DNA of 22,910 nucleotides from the IMG/VR virus record IMGVR_UViG_3300014203_000140; one strand, written 5' to 3'. The stretch comes from a virus. The notes beneath the pieces were generated by a model. The model worked only from the letters and a program-made list of their open reading frames with translations. It was not told where the DNA came from and did not search any database. Below are positions 7,235 to 15,343 of the stretch, piece by piece. Positions within the stretch are counted from its first letter, which is position 1. The number at the start of each line of letters is the position of its first letter. A program made the translations under genes and the position numbers.

Positions 7235-8683
7235 ATGCTCCTTGATTCTACCGAAATCAACACAATAGAAAGTAATTTCATTTCTCTTTTTGAACGGACA
7301 TTCAAAAAAGGAATCAAGGGGCAACCCGGATCAAAGCTTCAAAAGTCAGTGAAATCAGCCTTCTCATCAAAAACTTTTGAAAAGCAGGTTGACTCCCTGA
7401 TTGATGACCTCTATCTCTACACAATAGACGCCACAGACAAGCTGATCAAGAAATCCTTGAAAGCCGGCTTACAGAGGACCCCCACAAAGCGACATCTCGG
7501 AGCAGCCGAAGAGGATACATCCGGAGAGCCACTGATCTTGACCAGGGAGGCCGTCCATGAAGCATCTGGATTATCTGATGAAGTTATGGAGTCAATCATC
7601 CGGGTCCTCAAGGACGAGGCTATCTATCAGGAACATCCTACAGTCCTGGCTCGCAGGATCCTAGACCTGTGGGGGGGAGAAAGGTATAGAGCCGTCAGGT
7701 GGGCTCGGACCTTCAGCGCAGACGTCGCTACGAATACTTCTCTCCACATATTCAAGCAGCAGGGAATTGAGGAGTGTCAGTTCTATGCTCGAATAGATGG
7801 CAAGACTTCTCCTCAGTGCCGGCTCATGCATGGGACTGTATACCAGGTTGGTTCTCCGGAAGTCAGGCAGTACTCTTGTCCTTTGCACCATCACTGCAGG
7901 AGCACTTGGATCCCGGTAACTCCTTACTCAGATATCGATGATTCCATGCGTTATGAGAACCGTGACTTTACAAAGCAGGTTGATCAGAACTTCAAGCCTC
8001 TTGACGAAGGCATAGACGAGAAGGCCACAAAGAAGATTTTCGAGGAAATCGATACTTTCAATGAAAAGTGGGCAGTTCCTTCATGGATTCTGGATGAAGA
8101 TGTGGAGAAGAGGATAGTTAAGCTGGGAGTTGAAGTCAAAGCCAAAGTGCCTAAGGCCAAAGCTCCAAAGAAAGAAAAGAACCCGGAGACAATAATAAGA
8201 GGCATTGAGGCGAAGATAAAGACAAGGAAAACTGAAAAGGCTTACGTCTTCGATTCAAAAGGGAACATTATCCTGGAGAAGGGCGGTACGAAGAACCAGG
8301 TATCGTTCACAAACGAAGAAGTGAAGCTTTTCAAAGGATCGATTCTAACTCACAACCACCCGGGAGCAAGCTCACTATCTCCTCAAGATATTCAGACGGC
8401 ATGCATGAACTCCATGAAGGAAATCAGGGCGACAGGAACATTCAGAACATATTCTATGAAAACGAAAGATGGGAGCAACTTAACTCCTGGTCTCTGGAAG
8501 GGCGAGATAAAAGCCATATACGAGATCCATAACTCAGGAGTTAGACGCGATCTCATGAGCAGGATCGACAAAGGGGAAATGAGTCTCCAAGACGCAGAAC
8601 TTCTCCATTTCCACGAGGTATGGACAAGGACAGCAAATGATATATCAAAGTTGGATTATTCATTTATTGAGGAAAAGAAATGA
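7235..8683 (+). CDS. MuF/SPP1 gp7-like head morphogenesis protein with a C-terminal JAB/MPN-like domain
   Basis: MuF motifs DGKTSPQCRLMHG and CPLHHHCRS (7877-7903), then a K/A/P linker, then an extension with E...THNHPGASSLSPQD (8348-8389). Confidence 0.85.
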   Translation: MLLDSTEINTIESNFISLFERTFKKGIKGQPGSKLQKSVKSAFSSKTFEKQVDSLIDDLYLYTIDATDKLIKKSLKAGLQRTPTKRHLGAAEEDTSGEPLILTREAVHEASGLSDEVMESIIRVLKDEAIYQEHPTVLARRILDLWGGERYRAVRWARTFSADVATNTSLHIFKQQGIEECQFYARIDGKTSPQCRLMHGTVYQVGSPEVRQYSCPLHHHCRSTWIPVTPYSDIDDSMRYENRDFTKQVDQNFKPLDEGIDEKATKKIFEEIDTFNEKWAVPSWILDEDVEKRIVKLGVEVKAKVPKAKAPKKEKNPETIIRGIEAKIKTRKTEKAYVFDSKGNIILEKGGTKNQVSFTNEEVKLFKGSILTHNHPGASSLSPQDIQTACMNSMKEIRATGTFRTYSMKTKDGSNLTPGLWKGEIKAIYEIHNSGVRRDLMSRIDKGEMSLQDAELLHFHEVWTRTANDISKLDYSFIEEKK

Positions 8684-8898
8684 TGGGCATAGACGATCGG
8701 GAATTAGACGAAGTAATCTATAGTCCTACCTGTCTTCCTTGCAAACATTTCAATAGAGAAGCTTATTCTGAAACTGGGAAAAAGACATGTGAAGCTTTTC
8801 CTGATGGCATCCCGGGTGAGATTTGGAAAGGTGACAATGTTCATAAGGCGCCTTATCCTGGAGATCATGGGATCCAGTTTGAACCAAGGGGGAAGTGA
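8680..8898 (+). CDS. Small Cys/His protein, candidate immunity or partner of the MuF C-terminal domain
   Basis: ATGA-coupled to MuF. Motif CxxCKH...CEAFPDGIPxxIxxGxxxHxxPYPGDHGIQFE, which I recall from small genes downstream of extended MuF genes (unverified). Confidence 0.75.
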   Translation: MMGIDDRELDEVIYSPTCLPCKHFNREAYSETGKKTCEAFPDGIPGEIWKGDNVHKAPYPGDHGIQFEPRGK

Positions 8899-9122
8899 CG
8901 CCCATGCCCACCATTCAAGACACACTTGAAGAACTCTCTGATAAGCTCTCTCAAATGACAGAAGAACAATTAAAAGATTGGGCTGATCAAATACTCAATA
9001 ACTCAAAGAAATATGTTCCTGTAAAGATGAACACGTCTGGCAGGATGTTGCCTCCGGGTGAGTGCGACAGACCAATTGACAAGTATCTTGATGAGACATG
9101 GGGAAAAGACTTTTTCCGGTAA
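8895..9122 (+). CDS. Hypothetical protein (start GTG 8895 or ATG 8904)
   Basis: GTGA overlap with the previous stop; 75 aa; followed by T-tracts. Confidence 0.6.
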   Translation: MTPMPTIQDTLEELSDKLSQMTEEQLKDWADQILNNSKKYVPVKMNTSGRMLPPGECDRPIDKYLDETWGKDFFR

Positions 9123-9137
9123 TTACTTTCACCCACG

Positions 9138-9152
9138 TTTTTTCTTTTCTTG
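9138..9152 (+). terminator. Possible oligo-T terminator of the portal-MuF operon
   Basis: TTTTTTCTTTTCTT shortly after the stop at 9122. Confidence 0.45.
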
Positions 9153-9213
9153 ACTTGCAGTACCAGAATATTCATTAACTGTTTTTTAATCTTTCTAAAT
9201 TTTAATAGATAAA

Positions 9214-9245
9214 TTTATAATTGTTAACAGCGTTAACTTTATAAA
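9214..9245 (+). promoter_or_regulatory. TATA box followed by a GTTAAC-N3-GTTAAC palindrome (copy 2); probable leaderless promoter of the capsid operon
   Basis: TTTATAATT-GTTAAC(9223-9228)-AGC-GTTAAC(9232-9237)-TTTATAAA-ATG(9246). The TATA ends about 25 nt before the ATG and there is no RBS. Confidence 0.7.
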
Positions 9246-10259
9246 ATGACTGTTTTTCTGGAAGGTTTAGCCTTCCCTCTGGGTGAAAAAAACATCAATG
9301 GATGGGGAATCCCAGAATCCGAAGCAGCGAGCGCCATCTCCTCATTAAAAGCATCTGTTCTAAAAATATGTCCAGGCGAAGCTCACGCATGCGATTTTTC
9401 CGAAGATCCTTACGGACGAATAGGAAGGATCGTTGATGCTTGGCAACAGGGTAATGGTATCTACGTGAAGGCTTCAGTCACTGACTCGGTTGCCTCGAGG
9501 AAGATCAAAGAAGGAACTTGGGATGAACATACATGGAGCGTATATGCGGATTCTTTGATAGACCCAAAGCTAAACAGTGGATGGGCTAAAGGCTTCACAG
9601 CAAAGGCTCTCACCCTCGTAAAAAAGCCCGCCTGGACTCAGGCACAATACACAGTTTCGGCAGCTGCTGATAATAAAGTTAAGCTGCACACATTTTCACA
9701 ATTTCATATAATTGCATCTCAAGAAGGTGATCCTATCACACCAGATCTCGAAAAACGAATTTGGGAGCTTGAAACACAGCTTGCAGAAAAGGACAAGCTC
9801 ATTGCAGAGCTTCAGCCGAAAGCTGATACCGTAGGCACACTGGAAACACAGGTCGCTGAATTGACAGCCTCAAAAACATCTCTTGAAAAGGAAATCGGAG
9901 AAAAGACTACACTCATAGCCTCTCTTGAAAAAGGGCAGGCCGGAAGCGTACCGATGGACAATGTACAGGCACTTATAGCCTCTGCAATCGCAGACCACGA
10001 CAAGGAGAAAGAAGCCAAGTCCATACTTGCAGCTGCCAGGGACAAGTTCGTAGCAGCCAGGAAAGAGCTCGGAATCGAGACCAAGCCGGAAGAATTCACA
10101 AGCTTGTCAGCTTCGGACTTCGAGGCAATGACTGGAACTCTGTCCGTGAAGCTCTCAGCGAGTCAGATGCCAAGGTATCCTGCGAACGGATCGAGTTCCG
10201 CATCCAAGCTTCAGGTGTATGATCCGAAGAGCAACTCTTACAATGAGCAGGTGATCTGA
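9246..10259 (+). CDS. Prohead protease/scaffold fusion
   Basis: The N-terminal ~150 aa resemble a head maturation protease (H in AHAC, IGRIVDAW, WSVY). The C-terminal half is a coiled-coil scaffold. Located two genes before the MCP. Confidence 0.7.
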   Translation: MTVFLEGLAFPLGEKNINGWGIPESEAASAISSLKASVLKICPGEAHACDFSEDPYGRIGRIVDAWQQGNGIYVKASVTDSVASRKIKEGTWDEHTWSVYADSLIDPKLNSGWAKGFTAKALTLVKKPAWTQAQYTVSAAADNKVKLHTFSQFHIIASQEGDPITPDLEKRIWELETQLAEKDKLIAELQPKADTVGTLETQVAELTASKTSLEKEIGEKTTLIASLEKGQAGSVPMDNVQALIASAIADHDKEKEAKSILAAARDKFVAARKELGIETKPEEFTSLSASDFEAMTGTLSVKLSASQMPRYPANGSSSASKLQVYDPKSNSYNEQVI

Positions 10260-10768
10260 TGGTCCAGCCAGGGTGGAGAGAACCTGCAAACAAGGTGTGT
10301 CAGAACGGCGGAGGACTCGACACAGAGCAGCTCCAGGTTGGAGCCAACGCCACGGCTGCAAAGATGCTCCCGGGGATCGTAGTAATCCGAGATGCAAATG
10401 ACTATTCCGTCATGGAATGGGCATCCGGTGGCCACATGATTGGATACCTTTCCTACGAAAACTCTACAGACAAACCTGAAACTATTGACACTGCTTATGC
10501 AGTTGGGGATTCTGTAGGGATCGAAATCGGAGCGAACAGAAGGCAGCTTGCCAGACTCACCACTTCTCAGACAATCGTGAAAGGCCAGCCTCTCAAAGTT
10601 ACTACCGATGGTTACCTCGCAGCTGCTGTCGTGAATGGGGTCGTCTCGATCGACCAGGCCGGGACCGGATCAGTAAGTACCGGAAACGACGACGTAGTAG
10701 CCGACGCAGAAGAATCTGTAACCACCACATCAAGCACGGCAAAAATCTGGGTAAGGACCAGGAAGTGA
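10259..10768 (+). CDS. Head decoration/cement protein
   Basis: 169 aa, beta-rich, between scaffold and MCP. Motifs YAVGDSVGI and TIVKGQPLKVTTDG. Confidence 0.65.
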   Translation: MVQPGWREPANKVCQNGGGLDTEQLQVGANATAAKMLPGIVVIRDANDYSVMEWASGGHMIGYLSYENSTDKPETIDTAYAVGDSVGIEIGANRRQLARLTTSQTIVKGQPLKVTTDGYLAAAVVNGVVSIDQAGTGSVSTGNDDVVADAEESVTTTSSTAKIWVRTRK

Positions 10769-10774
10769 TGAAAA

Positions 10775-11698
10775 ATGACATCTAACGCGCTTCTCGAATC
10801 TCTCAGAGAACAGTTCGATCCAACCATTGTCCCTGTTCTCAGGGCCAATTCTATCGGCAGGCAGCTGATGCCTATCAACACTGAGCTTTCCGGCAAAGGC
10901 CTCGGAGTTCTGACTGTTGAAACCATGCAGTATGTTGCCAGATCCGGAGCAACTACTAATTATGATGTCCAGCAGGACAACCAGGATACTGTAGATATCA
11001 AAAGGTTCCCCACAAGGGTCCCTGTTCAGCAGGACGACGTGCTGATTAAATTCCGTGACTGGCAGGCGTATCAGCTCAAAGGGGTCCCACTTGAGAACGA
11101 CCTCAGTCAGGACATGACAGCAAGCATCGTAAGAGCACAGGACACGCTTATTGTTGATGGCTGGAAACCAAACGGCTCAACCTACGAACTCAAGGGCCTT
11201 TATCAGGCTGCTGGAAATACCGTTTCTGCCTCAGATGGTGGGACTTACGGAAATCTGAAAGCAGCTGTTGTTTCCGGAATTTCCCTCCTCAAAACCAAAG
11301 GAGTCTATTCTAACGGGTACAACCTTTCCCTCGCTACTTTCAATTACCAAGAGCTTACGGATTCTGAAAACACTTACGGGAAAGAAGAGTACGACGCTGC
11401 CCTGAGAGCATTGAACACAAACATTCCAACTCCCATAGGCAGGATCTTTGAGTCTCCGGACCTCGCCGCAGGCACTGGTATGATTACGCCGGTGGCCACT
11501 CAGGAGAACAGGAGATTCTTCGACCTGATTGAAACCCAGCCAATCATGAACAACCTCTGGTATACCGACGGAAACGAGACCACCGGAGATATCAAGATGC
11601 AGCAGGTTGGAGCAATCGTGCCCAGGTTCAAGCACCTGAACACTGCCACAATGACTGATGTTTGCATCTGTTCCATCACAGGACTCGGTAGCAGCTAA
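10775..11698 (+). CDS. Major capsid protein, HK97 fold (encapsulin/Linocin-M18-like)
   Basis: 307 aa in the canonical position. IGRQLMP at the N-terminus, a backbone helix (...IVRAQDTLIVDG...LKGL) and a P-domain pattern. Confidence 0.85.
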   Translation: MTSNALLESLREQFDPTIVPVLRANSIGRQLMPINTELSGKGLGVLTVETMQYVARSGATTNYDVQQDNQDTVDIKRFPTRVPVQQDDVLIKFRDWQAYQLKGVPLENDLSQDMTASIVRAQDTLIVDGWKPNGSTYELKGLYQAAGNTVSASDGGTYGNLKAAVVSGISLLKTKGVYSNGYNLSLATFNYQELTDSENTYGKEEYDAALRALNTNIPTPIGRIFESPDLAAGTGMITPVATQENRRFFDLIETQPIMNNLWYTDGNETTGDIKMQQVGAIVPRFKHLNTATMTDVCICSITGLGSS

Positions 11699-11709
11699 GC
11701 GGTGGTGTC

Positions 11710-11901
11710 ATGGTCAGGGTCAAAGTAAAAATCAGCCAGGTCATTGTGATGGAAACACGCAAAGTCTACAAGACCGGAGAAGAATTTGAGTGTTCAGAAG
11801 AGACCGCATCCAATCTCAGAAACGCGGTAACGGTCCTCGGGGACTCTGAACCTCTCGAACCTCTCGAACCTGACCAACCTTCTGTCAGGAAACGCAAGTA
11901 A
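11710..11901 (+). CDS. Small post-capsid hypothetical protein
   Basis: RBS GGTGGT-GTC-ATG. YKTGEEFECSEE motif and a basic C-terminus, as in small genes that follow MCPs. Confidence 0.7.
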   Translation: MVRVKVKISQVIVMETRKVYKTGEEFECSEETASNLRNAVTVLGDSEPLEPLEPDQPSVRKRK

Positions 11902-11918
11902 TCCAGGTGGGTGGGAAA

Positions 11919-12314
11919 ATGGTCCTGTGTTCTGTTGAAGATGTCCAGGCTTATGCCAAGCCTGAATCCGTAAGCGATGCGGACATCACCGCAATTATCC
12001 AGCGAGTTTCTACCGACGTAATGACCAAAGCGGAAGCTACGGACGAAACCAACGCTTTCCTTGTTCAGGCAGGGATCCACGGGTCTGTAGCAGCAACCCT
12101 GAAAAAAGCTCGTAGTAATGGGGAGCTGGCGGCTTCGGTAGAGACCCCTGAGTACAAACAACAGAACACCGGGATCATTGATGAGATCAACTCTCACGAG
12201 AAAGAAATGGCTGGTTATATTCAACGGTATCGAGACGCTGAGAGGTACAAGAATTTCGCCATTCCATATGCAAGAGCAGGGATAGGGACCGTGAATGCAG
12301 AACTCGAGTCCTAA
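11919..12314 (+). CDS. Head-tail adaptor (SPP1 gp15/HK97 gp6-like)
   Basis: MVLCSVEDVQAY... helical start typical of adaptors. ATG 11919 follows GGTGGG and is preferred over the tracked GTG 11907. Confidence 0.7.
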   Translation: MVLCSVEDVQAYAKPESVSDADITAIIQRVSTDVMTKAEATDETNAFLVQAGIHGSVAATLKKARSNGELAASVETPEYKQQNTGIIDEINSHEKEMAGYIQRYRDAERYKNFAIPYARAGIGTVNAELES

Positions 12315-12336
12315 CGAATGTGTGTCATATTCTGCT

Positions 12337-12378
12337 GTTACGTTATCCGGACCAACACATATTACGTAACTTTATAAA
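12337..12378 (+). promoter_or_regulatory. Inverted repeat plus TATA box in a 133-bp gap; possible internal promoter
   Basis: GTTACGTTAT(12337-12346) and ATTACGTAAC(12361-12370) are 9/10 reverse complements, directly followed by TTTATAAA(12371-12378). Confidence 0.5.
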
Positions 12379-12447
12379 AACACGTCAAATCGTATCCTTC
12401 GCGGGTGCGTGTATTGAAATAATATTCCATATCGGGAACTTAGTATC

Positions 12448-12705
12448 ATGGCTCAAGACGCTCCGCAGATGATGTTGTATCGTTCGGAGTGTGAGCAACA
12501 TCGCAACTGTCTTAAGAATGATCTAAAGGAACTGATCACACAAGAGAGAAACGACAGGAGAGACGGCGAATTGGAAATGAGTAAAGGTATTGAAAAGGTC
12601 GATGGGAAGATGGATTCCCTCAACGCCAGGACCAATCAAGTTCTATTCGCCGTTGCTCTGGAGATGGGATTGCTAATACTTGGGTATATCATGGGAAAGA
12701 TCTGA
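12448..12705 (+). CDS. Coiled-coil protein with a C-terminal transmembrane helix (holin/XhlA-like candidate)
   Basis: Charged heptad region, then VLFAVALEMGLLILGYIMG. Confidence 0.65.
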   Translation: MAQDAPQMMLYRSECEQHRNCLKNDLKELITQERNDRRDGELEMSKGIEKVDGKMDSLNARTNQVLFAVALEMGLLILGYIMGKI

Positions 12706-12706
12706 A

Positions 12707-13018
12707 ATGTTCTATCCGTCCACAGTAACTCGATATCCGTATTTAAATAAAAATGCACACCATAAAGTTACGTACGGTACTGCAGTCACCCTCTCCTGTA
12801 AATACGCCGAGAAATCAGAAAAAATACAGGATCAAAACGGGGATGAAATTCTTACTTCTGCATGGCTGATGTTCCCTGCTGGTGCTGTAATAAATTTTGA
12901 TGACAAAGTGATTCTTCCAGATGGGGAGTCTCAGAAAGTTGTTACGGTTCACCGCATCAGAAACCACATGGGACGGGAAATCTGCGTGGAAGCCTACCTA
13001 ACAAAGGGGTCTTTCTGA
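12707..13018 (+). CDS. Head-closure protein (SPP1 gp16-like)
   Basis: ATG 12707 follows the upstream stop by 1 nt. Beta-rich, with INFDDKVILPDG...VVTV; consistent synteny. Confidence 0.7.
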   Translation: MFYPSTVTRYPYLNKNAHHKVTYGTAVTLSCKYAEKSEKIQDQNGDEILTSAWLMFPAGAVINFDDKVILPDGESQKVVTVHRIRNHMGREICVEAYLTKGSF

Positions 13019-13371
13019 TGCCTGGGGCTGCTAAGTGTCTGGCAAATCTAGCTCTCACAAAAGCAAGGTTTGAGAAGTTCGGCAGGCAGGGACTCCTTGA
13101 CTGGTGCAATGAGGTCATGCGGGAAAGCCAGGCAAAGTACTGTCCTGTCGATACCGGCACTCTTCGCAGATCCGGACGAGTTCAGATAATGAAGAATTCT
13201 CTTACGGACTTCAATGTTAGACTTTCTTACACTGCTAATTATGCGATATACGTTCATGAAATTCCGATGGCTCATGACGTTGGATCAATGAAGTTTCTGT
13301 CCACACCTTTCAATCTGATGTCATTTCGCCTTATGAAAAAGCTTGAATCCGAGATGGCAGGTGCAGTATGA
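13018..13371 (+). CDS. HK97 gp10-like neck/tail-completion protein
   Basis: CPVDTGTLRRSG...YAIYVHE...KFLSTP motifs. Confidence 0.85.
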   Translation: MPGAAKCLANLALTKARFEKFGRQGLLDWCNEVMRESQAKYCPVDTGTLRRSGRVQIMKNSLTDFNVRLSYTANYAIYVHEIPMAHDVGSMKFLSTPFNLMSFRLMKKLESEMAGAV

Positions 13372-13754
13372 CCTGGCTAGAGGATGTAGGAGAATGCCTG
13401 CAGTCCCGGGGAATTGGAACTCTTGCAACTGACATCTTCTATACCAAATTTCCTGCACAACCGTACAACTGTATTCTCCTCATGGGTCAAGCTGGACAGA
13501 GTACGAAAACTACTCTCCGGAAAACCATGACCCTTGAACGACCTGAGCTCGGGATAAGGGTAAGGAATCAGGACGACGAGACCGCTGATGCGAACGCAAA
13601 GGCAATTTATGACCTTCTAAATTTGACATTCAACGCCACTCTTGGCTCTACACGTTTCAAGAGCATAAAGGCGATTGCTCCGCATTTTTCCGTTGGCCAG
13701 GACAAGAACGAAAATTTCCTATATTCCATTAATTTCTCGCTTGAAATTGGCTAA
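13368..13754 (+). CDS. Tail terminator (SPP1 gp17-like)
   Basis: ATGA overlap. ERPELGIRVR...YSINF pattern, immediately before the tail tube gene. Confidence 0.75.
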   Translation: MTWLEDVGECLQSRGIGTLATDIFYTKFPAQPYNCILLMGQAGQSTKTTLRKTMTLERPELGIRVRNQDDETADANAKAIYDLLNLTFNATLGSTRFKSIKAIAPHFSVGQDKNENFLYSINFSLEIG

Positions 13755-13772
13755 AAAACAGGCTGATACACC

Positions 13773-14513
13773 ATGTCAAAAGAACACATCGATACGACAG
13801 AATCCACGATATCCATAGACGGAACCGTGATTGATGGAGTCACACCAGGTTCGCTTCCCTTCCCGAAGCCAAGCAGGGACACAAAAGACGTCACTACGAT
13901 GAAGGATACGGTCAGGAAGAAAGGTCTGAAAATCCTTGATCCCGGATCTGCTTCTTTCTCGGGGATTGCTATACCAGGAGATCCCGGACAGATAGCTCTG
14001 AAAGCTGCTTCAAACGACACGAAGGAACACACCTTCCAGATCTATGTTCCAGAAGGTGGACTGACATTTGAATACCAGGCTTACGTCAGCACAGACTATC
14101 CAAGCGAAGAGGACGAAAACACCCTGTATTTCAACTGTGACCTGGAGTGCACTGGTGGTTTTGTTGATTCTACGACCTTTGCAGGAATCACTTCTATTGA
14201 GGGCGTAGCTGTTGGCATTGCACATTCTCCAGCAGCGGCTAACACGGCTCTGCCTGCCACCGCGAATGATGTAATTTTCAAAGAGGCAACCGGAATCACC
14301 ACAGACACGGTTGAGGTCACTGCTGCAGCTGCGAGCTACATTGGCATTTCTTATGATGGTGGGAAAAACTGGACAGCACTTACCAGTGGGACAGCTGCAA
14401 CTATTTCCTCAACTATCTGGCCTGCAGCTGGTGGACTTTCGAAGGCCATCATCAAGGTCATGGAAACTGACAAGGCGACCAGGTTCGTCGATCTGTTCAT
14501 TGCAAGGGCTTAA
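13773..14513 (+). CDS. Tail tube (major tail) protein with a C-terminal ~100-aa beta-sandwich extension
   Basis: Tube motifs DVTT...KKGLKILDPGSASF, HTFQI and FEYQAYV, followed by an Ala/Thr-rich beta domain. Confidence 0.85.
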   Translation: MSKEHIDTTESTISIDGTVIDGVTPGSLPFPKPSRDTKDVTTMKDTVRKKGLKILDPGSASFSGIAIPGDPGQIALKAASNDTKEHTFQIYVPEGGLTFEYQAYVSTDYPSEEDENTLYFNCDLECTGGFVDSTTFAGITSIEGVAVGIAHSPAAANTALPATANDVIFKEATGITTDTVEVTAAAASYIGISYDGGKNWTALTSGTAATISSTIWPAAGGLSKAIIKVMETDKATRFVDLFIARA

Positions 14514-14522
14514 GGTGGTACT

Positions 14523-14984
14523 ATGGTAGGCAGAGAAACCGAAGTAATCCCAGGTAAGGACCTGCTCTTTACGTGGAAAGGGAAAAGGAAACTCTTTGAG
14601 CTTGTAGGGGCCCGGACAGAACAGCAGTTTGCAAACAAGATGGCAGAACTTGCAAAATCTGACGGGCTTGATGATGAACTGTTTGCTCAGATGTATTGCA
14701 TCGGGTTCAACTGGAGAAAGAACGGCACTGTCATTTCACAGGAAGAGACCGTGGACATCATTGAGGAGTTCTGCCAGGTCAATGGGTTTGGAAGCAACGA
14801 AGTCCGTGACAAGCTCATTGATGCGTTTTGCGAGTCTGGAATCTATGACAAGAACGTGATCATGGCCAGCAGGAAGCTCCAGGCACAGATGACTGAAGAT
14901 AAACTCCTTGAACTCTCAAAAAAGAAAGATTCCGTGGGGTCTGATACGGGGGAAGCTGGGCAGACATCGACATCGATGAACTGA
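14523..14984 (+). CDS. Tail assembly chaperone (gpG equivalent)
   Basis: Between tube and tape measure; RBS GGTGGT-ACT-ATG. Confidence 0.8.
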   Translation: MVGRETEVIPGKDLLFTWKGKRKLFELVGARTEQQFANKMAELAKSDGLDDELFAQMYCIGFNWRKNGTVISQEETVDIIEEFCQVNGFGSNEVRDKLIDAFCESGIYDKNVIMASRKLQAQMTEDKLLELSKKKDSVGSDTGEAGQTSTSMN

Positions 14985-15325
14985 TTGACAAAGTTCAGAG
15001 ACTATTCTACCAGCTTTGTGGAAAAGATCCTTCGGAATTCTGGGATTTCACCCCTGCTGAAACGGCTCAGATGATTGATGTAAAAATCAAAGACCGTGAA
15101 TTGCAAGACAAAATTGAGCTAGTGGGACGGGCAGATCTCAAATGCGGGATGATGAACGCTGCTATTGGCCCGTATCTTAAGAAGGGGGAAAAATTCCCCT
15201 ACAGAATCGAGGGTTTCCTTCCGAAGGACATGCGCCCGGAAAAACCAATTGTATCCGAAGCTGAAAAATCAAAACGCTGGCTGGCTGCAGGACATGCCAT
15301 GATGAAAGTTGTGAAAGAAAACTAA
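14945..15325 (+). CDS. -1-frame extension of the tail chaperone (gpT part of gpGT)
   Basis: The frame is open from 14945 and reads ...DELIDKVQRLFYQLCGKDPSEFWDFTPAETAQMIDVK... The PxEFWxxTPxE motif lies upstream of the tracked ATG at 15071. Confidence 0.8.
   Translation, partial: YGGSWADIDIDELIDKVQRLFYQLCGKDPSEFWDFTPAETAQMIDVKIKDRELQDKIELVGRADLKCGMMNAAIGPYLKKGEKFPYRIEGFLPKDMRPEKPIVSEAEKSKRWLAAGHAMMKVVKEN
14948..14954 (+). other. Candidate -1 ribosomal frameshift site G GGG GAA
   Basis: The best slippery candidate inside the 14945-14981 overlap of the two open frames, in the correct codon phase. Confidence 0.7.
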
Positions 15326-15343
15326 AATGGATGGGGGAATAAC

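Noticed and set aside
10775-11698. Stand-alone encapsulin or bacteriocin locus
   Set aside because: It is embedded among terminase, portal, scaffold and tail genes, so it is a viral capsid protein.
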